From contig LRSL01000035.1 in NCBI GenBank assembly GCA_001563335.1, positions 1 to 22,560 on the forward strand: DNA of 22,560 nt. The letters run 5' to 3'. Below, piece after piece: positions 15,469 through 22,560 of this stretch. Each line of letters starts with the position of its first letter. Position 1 is the first letter of the stretch. Under the pieces are notes generated by a model. It was given only the letters and a program-made list of their open reading frames with translations, did not search any database and had not been told where the DNA came from. Source of the stretch: Candidatus Thorarchaeota archaeon SMTZ1-45. GTDB lineage: Archaea; Asgardarchaeota; Thorarchaeia; Thorarchaeales; Thorarchaeaceae. Position numbers and translations under genes: made by a program.

Positions 15469-17028
15469 ATGATAGAAGAACAGAAATCAATAGAAATGCC
15501 TGCGGAAGAAAAACAGAAGAAATCTATCAAGAAAAAACTCGATATCGAAGGAAAACCACTTCATTTGATAATAGTATCTCTTGGAAGCTTCGTGATAATT
15601 TCATTACTAATTATCTACGGTGTCGATATGGGAATCACTACGTTAATGAATTGGTTAGCACAATCTATTATCGGATTCGATGCTGCTACAAGCATAGGGT
15701 TCACGACAACAATCCGAGTTATAGGAATAATCATGCTCATCATGACACTATGGATAGGATTTCTTGGAAAGCCTCTTTATGAGAAAAGACCTGCTGAGAT
15801 AGTTCTTATAGTATTGAAACTTTCAATCATTCTATTACTTCTAATTGCTTTTAGTATTGGACTGGCTATAATTACAGCCTTTATCCTGTTTCTCTGGGAT
15901 CCACCCCAACTCAAACATTGGGATACTAATAGGATGACGCAATATCACTTGGCAGTGATTGGAGTAGTAGGCATCTGGATGGTGATAGAATCATTCCTGA
16001 CAGAAGAGATTATTGGATTTAATCTATTGCCATCAGTTATCAATTTATCAATATCTGGTTTCCTGAGAGCAAGTGGTTTCTCTATAATTGCAGTAGGAGC
16101 GGCTTTTATTGTAATTCCATTATACATATTCATTCCAAGATTAATTATGATTACGTGGGATTTGAGAGATGGAATCGAATCATTCTGGCGGGAGTTTGTT
16201 CACGACAAACTTGGATTGGTTGGTTTCTTTCTAATTTCGGGGATTGTTCTAATAGCAGTTCTTGCTCCCTGGATAACGCCATATCATTGGTCATACACTT
16301 CACTCAACCCTAGTGAGTGGTTCCTACCTCCAAGTCTGGAGCATCCGTTTGGCACAAATCACGAAGGTGGAGATATCATGAGTCGTGTGATTTGGGGAGC
16401 CCAGATATCCTTACTTGTTGGATTTACAGCCAGTTTAGTCGCGGTGGTCATTGGGACTCTAGTTGGTCTCATTTCTGGATATTATGGTGGCCTTCTGGAT
16501 TCAGTCCTGATGCGAATTACAGATATGTTTCTCTGTCTTCCAACTCTACCCTTGATGCTGATCTTTCTCATGTTCTTTGGCCAAGGTCTTCAGAATGTTA
16601 TCATTGTCATAGCAATTCTTGGATGGACAGGTACAGCGAGGATGGTTAGAAGTGAAGCGTTGAGTCTAAGAGAACGTCCTTTAACTGAAGCCGCTCATGC
16701 TATTGGAGCATCTGACAATTATATCCTGTTTCGTCATATAATGCCAAACGCACTCCCTCTAATTCTAGCAAATGTCATCATTGGAGTTGTAAATGCAATA
16801 CTCAGCGAGGCGGGAATTTCATTTCTTGGATTCATGCCAATTCATGCTCAACCTAGTTGGGGGATAATTTTGTATTGGGCATCTCGGAAGGCTGCGCTTG
16901 TAAATGAGATGTGGTGGTGGATTTTCCCACCTGGATTGATGATAATGTTGACAACTGTAGGATTTGCATTTGTTAGTCATGCGGCAGATAAAGTTGTAAA
17001 TCCACGGCTTAGAGGGAGGCGTGGATAG
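15469..17028 (+). CDS. dppC: Peptide ABC transporter permease (DppC/OppC) with an extra ~235-aa N-terminal membrane domain
   Basis: The canonical OppC N-motif FWREFVHDKLGLVG appears only at residue ~240, followed by HPFGTNHEGGDIMSR, EAAHAIGAS, HIMPN, PSWG and WWWIFPPG. GGAGGAG RBS. Confidence 0.93.
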   Translation: MIEEQKSIEMPAEEKQKKSIKKKLDIEGKPLHLIIVSLGSFVIISLLIIYGVDMGITTLMNWLAQSIIGFDAATSIGFTTTIRVIGIIMLIMTLWIGFLGKPLYEKRPAEIVLIVLKLSIILLLLIAFSIGLAIITAFILFLWDPPQLKHWDTNRMTQYHLAVIGVVGIWMVIESFLTEEIIGFNLLPSVINLSISGFLRASGFSIIAVGAAFIVIPLYIFIPRLIMITWDLRDGIESFWREFVHDKLGLVGFFLISGIVLIAVLAPWITPYHWSYTSLNPSEWFLPPSLEHPFGTNHEGGDIMSRVIWGAQISLLVGFTASLVAVVIGTLVGLISGYYGGLLDSVLMRITDMFLCLPTLPLMLIFLMFFGQGLQNVIIVIAILGWTGTARMVRSEALSLRERPLTEAAHAIGASDNYILFRHIMPNALPLILANVIIGVVNAILSEAGISFLGFMPIHAQPSWGIILYWASRKAALVNEMWWWIFPPGLMIMLTTVGFAFVSHAADKVVNPRLRGRRG

Positions 17029-17029
17029 A

Positions 17030-18001
17030 TTGCCTATTCTTGAAGTTGAGAGTTTGTCAACCCACTATTACTTGGGTGGTAAACCAGTGAGAGCAGTTGA
17101 GGATGTATCATTCACTATTGATAAACAGGAAACTCTAGGAGTTGCAGGAGAATCAGGATGTGGTAAAACGACTACTGCTTACAGTATCATGAGAATTCTC
17201 CCAGTAAACGGAAAAATAATCGGAGGTAAAGTTCTTCTTGATGGTGAAGACTTGACCACCAAGACAGAAGAACAAATGCGTAAATTAAGATGGAGAAGCG
17301 CTTCAATCGTTTTTCAATATGCTATGAATGCGTTTAATCCAGTGCTCAGAATAGTAGACCAAATCACGGAGGTAATGATGGAAAAATTCAAAGTCAGTGA
17401 AGAAGAAGCAGAGGATATAGTAGCCAATCTATTTGATGAAGTTGGTCTTGAACCATCAAGAATGCGGGACTATCCTCATGAGTTCTCAGGGGGTATGTTG
17501 CAGCGGGCTATAATTGCGCAGGCATTATCTTGTGATCCAAAACTGATTATTGCAGATGAACCTGTGACAGCCCTTGATGTAATTGTACAAAACAAGATTC
17601 TGGATCTTCTCAGAAGTCTACAGAAGAAGTATGATCTTGGTGTTCTCTTCATAACACATGATCTATCTGTTGTGGCGGAAAACTGTGATAGCACTGCTAT
17701 CATGTATGCTGGGAATATTGTTGAAAAAGGGTCTACTTCTAATGTCTTCAAACGAAGTCTTCATCCCTATACATACAAGTTAATTGGTGCGTTTCCAAGA
17801 ATCTCAGGACCAAAGAAACGCCTTGAGTTTATTCCCGGAACTCCTCCAAACCTCCTGAATCCACCACCAGGTTGCAAATTCCATCCAAGATGTCCTTTTT
17901 CCGAGGACATTTGTGCAAATCAAGAACCAGAATATCTTGAGATTAGTCCAAGACACTATGCCAAATGCCACTTTGCTGGGCAATTAAACTTGGGGGGATA
18001 A
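17030..18001 (+). CDS. dppD: Peptide ABC transporter ATPase (DppD/OppD)
   Basis: GESGCGKT, FSGGMLQR, IADEPVTALD, ITHD, HPY and GCKFHPRC...C...CH. GGAGG at 17015-17019 favours TTG 17030 over GTG 17021. Confidence 0.94.
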   Translation: MPILEVESLSTHYYLGGKPVRAVEDVSFTIDKQETLGVAGESGCGKTTTAYSIMRILPVNGKIIGGKVLLDGEDLTTKTEEQMRKLRWRSASIVFQYAMNAFNPVLRIVDQITEVMMEKFKVSEEEAEDIVANLFDEVGLEPSRMRDYPHEFSGGMLQRAIIAQALSCDPKLIIADEPVTALDVIVQNKILDLLRSLQKKYDLGVLFITHDLSVVAENCDSTAIMYAGNIVEKGSTSNVFKRSLHPYTYKLIGAFPRISGPKKRLEFIPGTPPNLLNPPPGCKFHPRCPFSEDICANQEPEYLEISPRHYAKCHFAGQLNLGG

Positions 18002-18003
18002 TT

Positions 18004-18987
18004 TTGGTTACTAGAAAAGACATACTAGAAGTCTATGATTTACAAAAATGGTTTCCAGTTAGATCAGGAATTCTATCATTGTTTGGAGAGAAGAGGTTTG
18101 TAAAAGCGGTGGATAAAGTAAGCTTCAGCATTGAGGAGGGAGACTCTCTTTGTATTGTAGGCGAATCAGGATGCGGAAAAACGACCTTAGCACGTACTAT
18201 TTTGAGATTGATTGAACCAACAGGAGGTAGAGTTCTTTTCCGTGGGGAGGATATTACCAAAAAGAACCGTGAAGAGATGCAAAAACTAAGGCTTAAGATG
18301 CAGATCATTTTTCAGAATCCGTTTGAGGTTCTGGACCCAAGATTGCCTGTACGTACTCTTGTGGGTGAAGCTCTCTCTATTCATAACCTGACCGAGGATG
18401 AAGATGAGTTAGAGAAACGAGTTCTTAAGGTGCTTGAAGATGTTAGACTTATTCCCTCAGATGACTTTGCACAACGATACACTCACGAATTAAGTGGCGG
18501 ACAACTTCAGCGAGTATGCATAGCAAGGTCGTTGATATTAAAACCAGATCTAATTATTGCAGATGAACCTGTTTCAATGTTAGATGCAAGTATCAGAACA
18601 GAAATCATGAACCTCATGGAAGATCTAAAGAATGAGTATGGTCTGACTTACATCTTCATTACTCATGATTTAGCTCAAGCAAGATATATTGGAAATCATA
18701 TCATAGTCATGTATCTTGGGAGAATTGCTGAGATGGGACCAATGGAAGAGGTGATTCAGAATCCTGTGCATCCTTATACAACAGCATTGGTTTCCAATGT
18801 CCCCATCCCAGATCCTGATGAAGAAAGGTACAGAATCATGCTACCTGGAGAAACTCCTACTCCAATTGACCTTCCACCAGGATGTAGATTCCAGCCAAGA
18901 TGTCAAGAATATGGAGAAGGTTGTCGCCCCGAAGAACCCGAACTTCGAGAAGTAGCACCTGGTCATTTTGTTTCATGTTGGAGATAG
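18004..18987 (+). CDS. dppF: Peptide ABC transporter ATPase (DppF/OppF)
   Basis: GESGCGKT, LSGGQLQR, IADEPVSMLD, ITHD, HPY and GCRFQPRC...VSC. Probable TTG start at 18004 after a G6 RBS (ORF track opens at 17965). Confidence 0.94.
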   Translation: MVTRKDILEVYDLQKWFPVRSGILSLFGEKRFVKAVDKVSFSIEEGDSLCIVGESGCGKTTLARTILRLIEPTGGRVLFRGEDITKKNREEMQKLRLKMQIIFQNPFEVLDPRLPVRTLVGEALSIHNLTEDEDELEKRVLKVLEDVRLIPSDDFAQRYTHELSGGQLQRVCIARSLILKPDLIIADEPVSMLDASIRTEIMNLMEDLKNEYGLTYIFITHDLAQARYIGNHIIVMYLGRIAEMGPMEEVIQNPVHPYTTALVSNVPIPDPDEERYRIMLPGETPTPIDLPPGCRFQPRCQEYGEGCRPEEPELREVAPGHFVSCWR

Positions 18988-19070
18988 GGTACTATTTTAC
19001 ATTCGATTGAGATATTGCTCAATCGGACAGACAAATTAATAGAAGTCGCCATATATTAACAGTGTTGGTA

Positions 19071-20291
19071 ATGAATAGAATAATAGTGCTCCTAGCCATT
19101 CTATTAGTGGTTTTTAATCCAACACAGGAGTATCTGTTTACGAATCAAACTCCTGATGAAACAAATCCTATAGCTCCGTGGCCAACAAACGAGTGGAGTA
19201 GAACTACTCCCGAAGCTCAGGGTATGGATTCTACAAAATTGGATTCGATGACAGAGCATTTTAAAAGTAACAAGATTCAGATTGATAGTTTCCTAATCAT
19301 AAGAAATGGATGGATGGTTTATGAAGAGTACCCGTCTAGGTTTGGCCCAGATGATACACATCATCTTTTTTCATGCACAAAAAGCATTATGTCCACACTT
19401 GTTGGCATTTCTTTAGATTTAGGATGTCTCGAATCTATTGAGGCGTCAGTTCTTGATTTCTTTCAGGATTATGATTTCAGTAATCCTAGTAGAAGTAAGG
19501 AGGACATCTCAATCAAGAACCTACTTGAAATGACTACAGGACTATCATGGAATGAAGAGTACTACGGGAATGACATAAACGATTACAATAAGATGGTTCG
19601 ATCAGACGACTGGGTGAAATATGTACTTGATAAACCAATGATTTCTGAACCTGGAAACACTTTTCACTACAACTCAGGTGCTTCACATATTTTGTCTGCA
19701 ATCATTCAAGAAGTGACTCAAAATTCCACACTCAATTTTGCATTGAACAATCTATTCCAACCTCTTGGGATAACTGATTATGAATGGGGTCAAGATCCTG
19801 ACGGAATCTATAGAGGAGCTTCAAGCTTGAAACTGAAGCCTATTGATATGGCTAAGATTGGTTATCTTTACATTAGAAATGGCTTATGGGATGGAATTCA
19901 AGTAGTTCCTCAAGATTGGGTCCAGATGACTTCAACCTCACAGATTCAGGTGGACGAATCAACAGACTATTCATACCATTGGTGGGTCTTGCCAGAAATA
20001 GGAGCATACTACGCTTTTGGATGGGGATATCAGAGTATTACTGTAGTCCCAAACTATGATCTTGTTGTAGTTGTTACAGCAGCAACCCTAGATTCATCTG
20101 TGCAAGTGGGAAATTTCCTTAGAAAATGGATATTCCCATCTCTTGGACTTGAAACTACTGTACACACATCATTTACGATTTCTCCCATTTTCGTTTTGAT
20201 TGGAGGAAGTCCCTTCATCGTTCTTGGAATAGCGTTATTGATGGACAAGAAAGGTCTTTGGTATGAGATTGAAGTTAAGCAGGAAAATTGA
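19071..20291 (+). CDS. Beta-lactamase class C-like / NylB-like serine hydrolase with N-terminal signal and C-terminal TM anchor
   Basis: SxxK motif FSCTKS, LLEMTTGL, PGNTFHYNSG (Y-x-S/N motif), LFQPLGI, DMAKIGYLY..NG.W.G.QVVP..WV. Hydrophobic N-terminus and C-terminal IFVLIGGSPFIVLGIALL. ATG 19071 preferred to GTG 19062. Confidence 0.9.
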   Translation: MNRIIVLLAILLVVFNPTQEYLFTNQTPDETNPIAPWPTNEWSRTTPEAQGMDSTKLDSMTEHFKSNKIQIDSFLIIRNGWMVYEEYPSRFGPDDTHHLFSCTKSIMSTLVGISLDLGCLESIEASVLDFFQDYDFSNPSRSKEDISIKNLLEMTTGLSWNEEYYGNDINDYNKMVRSDDWVKYVLDKPMISEPGNTFHYNSGASHILSAIIQEVTQNSTLNFALNNLFQPLGITDYEWGQDPDGIYRGASSLKLKPIDMAKIGYLYIRNGLWDGIQVVPQDWVQMTSTSQIQVDESTDYSYHWWVLPEIGAYYAFGWGYQSITVVPNYDLVVVVTAATLDSSVQVGNFLRKWIFPSLGLETTVHTSFTISPIFVLIGGSPFIVLGIALLMDKKGLWYEIEVKQEN

Positions 20292-20330
20292 TTAAATGAT
20301 GTTCGAGGAGAGTTAAACCTAGCCAGAACT

Positions 20331-20390
20331 GAGCAAACTTATATCAGAGCATATTGATGTTCAAAGATATATACTCACTAGAGAGGTGGC
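20331..20390 (+). promoter_or_regulatory. Archaeal-type promoter and RBS of gap
   Basis: Purine-rich GAGCAAA followed by CTTATAT (20338-20344). GAGGTG RBS at 20383-20388, 8 nt before the ATG. Confidence 0.5.
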
Positions 20391-20396
20391 ATTCGC

Positions 20397-21404
20397 ATGG
20401 CGATTCGTGTTGGAATTAATGGATTTGGTCGCATCGGACGTGGTTTCCTTCGTGCGGCACTAGAGAAGAAAGGATTTGACATTGTGGCAGCAAACGACCT
20501 CACGACAGAGGTGACTCTTGCACATCTGATGAAGTACGATACTGTGATGGGACACTTTGAAGGTACTGTAGAAGCAGGAAAAGGTAGCATCACAGTAAAT
20601 GGCGATGAAATCAAGATATTATCTGAGAGAGACCCTGTAAATCTTCCATGGGGAGATCTCGGAGTAGACATCGTCATTGAATCAACAGGTATTTTCAGAA
20701 AATTGGAAGATGTCAGCAAACACCTAGCTGCTGGAGCTAAAAAGGTGATTCTGAGTGCTCCTGGAAAAGGAGGAGAAATGCTTACAGTAGTTCCTGGTGT
20801 TAATGATGATGATTATGATTCAAGCAAACATCACGTGATATCAAATGCATCTTGCACAACAAATTGCCTAGCTCCGATGGTCAAGGTACTAGATGAAGCA
20901 TTTGGGATTGAAAAGGGATTCATGACGACAATTCATGCTGTGACAAATGATCAAGTCATGTTAGATGGTCCACATAAAGACCTGAGGAGAGCAAGAGCCG
21001 CTTGTTGGAACATTGTACCTACAAGCACAGGTGCTGCAAGTGCAATAGGACTTGTCTATCCAAAAGCTGCTGGTAAACTGGATGGAATGGCTCTTAGAGT
21101 TCCTGTGATGGACGCATCTCTCGTTGATATGAGTGTAATTCTCCAAAAGACTGCTGATGTTGACGCAGTAAATAACGCATTCAAAAAAGCGGCTGAATCA
21201 GGAGACCTCGCGCCATATCTTGCTTATATCGATGAGCCACTTGTTTCTTCGGATTTCATTGGAGACCCTCATTCCTGTTCTTTTGATTCCATGCTCACAA
21301 TGGCTCATAGTGGAATGGTAAAGGTTTTCGGATGGTATGATAACGAGGCGGGATATAGTCATAGATTAGCTGATCTTGCTGCTGTAATCGGTAGGAAATT
21401 GTGA
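20397..21404 (+). CDS. gap: Class I (bacterial/eukaryotic type) glyceraldehyde-3-phosphate dehydrogenase
   Basis: GINGFGRIGR, ESTG.F, catalytic SNASCTTNCLAP, TTIHAVT.DQ, DLRRARAA, RVPV and WYDNE. Confidence 0.97.
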   Translation: MAIRVGINGFGRIGRGFLRAALEKKGFDIVAANDLTTEVTLAHLMKYDTVMGHFEGTVEAGKGSITVNGDEIKILSERDPVNLPWGDLGVDIVIESTGIFRKLEDVSKHLAAGAKKVILSAPGKGGEMLTVVPGVNDDDYDSSKHHVISNASCTTNCLAPMVKVLDEAFGIEKGFMTTIHAVTNDQVMLDGPHKDLRRARAACWNIVPTSTGAASAIGLVYPKAAGKLDGMALRVPVMDASLVDMSVILQKTADVDAVNNAFKKAAESGDLAPYLAYIDEPLVSSDFIGDPHSCSFDSMLTMAHSGMVKVFGWYDNEAGYSHRLADLAAVIGRKL

Positions 21405-21414
21405 AGTTGAATAT

Positions 21415-21447
21415 GAGGAAGTTCCTTTGTATAACAAAGGAACCCTC
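21415..21447 (+). terminator. Stem-loop after gap
   Basis: GTTCCTTTGT-ATA-ACAAAGGAAC (21421-21443), a perfect 10-bp stem extendable by GAGG/CCTC. No strong U tract. Confidence 0.55.
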
Positions 21448-21480
21448 TAATCATCTTTAAAGGATGGAAATGCATCTGCT

Positions 21481-22458
21481 ATGAAACCCATAAGTACGAT
21501 TGATCCTTTAACCAATCAACTCTTTTTCAGAGGAATAAATGCAACAAAACTCTGCGGTAATTCAAGTTTTGAGAGGGTACTCCATTTGCTAATTCACGGA
21601 CAACTACCCTCGCACCAAGAACTAGTTTCAATTTCAGAAAGAATGGTGGAACTCAGAAGTCTCTATGACAGTGAGTTTGATTCATTATTCAAACTAGCTT
21701 GGAGTCTGGAACGTATTAAAGAAGATTACAAACTAAATCTTAATGATACTCTTTTGACATTTGTTTCTCTTGCACCACTTGTTGTTGCAAATGAATACGG
21801 TATTGCATGGGGGAAAATGATGAAGAAACCGAAGAAACAACTTGGCCATGTTGCCAATTTTCTTTGGATGACAAAGGGAGTTATGCCAACTGAAACAGAA
21901 CTTGACGATTTCCAGACATCATTGATATTACACATGGATGACCCTCAAAATCCATCTTTATCAACGCTTGAAGCAGCTGTCAGAGATGGCAAATCAATTT
22001 CGGACATTTTCTCATCAACCCTCAATGTCCATGTCGAGCCCTTGCATCATGGTGCGGGATATGAAGCAATGATGATGTTCCAAGAAATTAAAGAACAAGC
22101 AAATGTAAGAAAGTATCTTGAACAAAGATTGAAATCAGGAGGGAAAATCTTTGGACTTGGACATCGAATCTATAGGGGTATTGATCCTCGTGCAGTTGTT
22201 CTTCGAGAAATGCTTGAAAGAAGGACATTGAACACAAAGAATGAATGGCTTCTAAAAGTATCTGACTCCGTCGCGAAATATGGAAGATTGCTCCTTTCAG
22301 AGTATAAAGGAATAGATGCATATCCAAATGTAGATCTCTACAACGCTGCAGTCTACTTTACTTTTGGATTTCCTCCAGAATTGAATACACCTCTTTTTTC
22401 GATTTCTCGATCAGCTGGGTGGATGGCTCACATTTTAGATTTATCCAAATCTGACTAG
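21481..22458 (+). CDS. Divergent citrate synthase-superfamily protein (citrate/2-methylcitrate synthase or citryl-CoA lyase-like)
   Basis: ISTID...LFFRG, SFERVLHLLIHGQLP, PLHHGAG, IFGLGHRIYRGIDPRA, YPNVDLY and LFSISRSAGWMAH. TTTAAA about 25 nt upstream with no RBS suggests a leaderless transcript. Confidence 0.88.
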   Translation: MKPISTIDPLTNQLFFRGINATKLCGNSSFERVLHLLIHGQLPSHQELVSISERMVELRSLYDSEFDSLFKLAWSLERIKEDYKLNLNDTLLTFVSLAPLVVANEYGIAWGKMMKKPKKQLGHVANFLWMTKGVMPTETELDDFQTSLILHMDDPQNPSLSTLEAAVRDGKSISDIFSSTLNVHVEPLHHGAGYEAMMMFQEIKEQANVRKYLEQRLKSGGKIFGLGHRIYRGIDPRAVVLREMLERRTLNTKNEWLLKVSDSVAKYGRLLLSEYKGIDAYPNVDLYNAAVYFTFGFPPELNTPLFSISRSAGWMAHILDLSKSD

Positions 22459-22560
22459 TTACAGTTTAACAAGAAGATTTTTCAAAAAGTTGGATTGTGT
22501 GACAGACTCAGTGGATGCATAATGAAAGCAATCATCAATGCTATAATTCTTTGTCCTGTC
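22459..22560 (-). CDS. Possible 3' end of a convergent gene running off the window
   Basis: One - frame is open from the edge (DRTKNYSIDDCF...LLVKL*) to a TAA at 22459-22461 that abuts the upstream gene's stop. A second frame is also open, so the assignment is uncertain. Confidence 0.3.
   Translation of the reverse strand, partial: DRTKNYSIDDCFHYASTESVTQSNFLKNLLVKL

Noticed and set aside
20378-20719. 113-aa antisense ORF over gap
   Set aside because: Typical antisense open frame produced by codon bias in a conserved, highly expressed gene.
996-22327. Other short ORFs nested in or antisense to long genes (e.g. 996-1220, 2643-2921, 6233-6670, 8051-8434, 10793-11134, 15435-15782, 16317-16649, 22088-22327)
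   Set aside because: They overlap well-supported genes almost entirely, and show no motifs or translation signals.
1-22560. tRNA/rRNA genes, CRISPR arrays, transposases, integrases, defence systems
   Set aside because: Intergenic gaps are short and accounted for. I saw no cloverleaf, repeat-spacer array, terminal inverted repeats or relevant protein motifs.

Overview
Gene-dense archaeal-type chromosomal segment. TATA-like boxes, GAGGTG/GGAGG ribosome-binding sites, an RHDLxN histidine kinase and a C-terminally anchored, sequon-rich solute-binding protein point to an archaeon; an Asgard lineage such as Thorarchaeia is my inference and is not proven from this window. The dominant theme is peptide scavenging: two Opp/Dpp ABC operons (the first binding protein is cut by the window edge), an M20 dipeptidase and a membrane-anchored SxxK serine hydrolase. 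Also present are an orphan membrane histidine kinase, a tandem pair of DUF4140/DUF4139 (MuiA-like) genes, two hypothetical proteins, a 50-aa Cys/His microprotein missed by the ORF track, a bacterial-type class I GAPDH and a degenerate citrate synthase-fold protein. Most notable: (1) the second family-5 binding protein (12586-14346) appears circularly permuted; (2) both DppC permeases carry long extra membrane domains built from internal repeats; (3) a 103-aa protein carries a helical hairpin resembling ESCRT-I steadiness-box/Vps28-N; (4) an A-B-A' repeat in the leader of the permuted binding protein could form mutually exclusive hairpins over its RBS. I saw no RNA genes, CRISPR arrays or mobile elements. 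All family assignments come from motifs recognised by eye, not from database searches.
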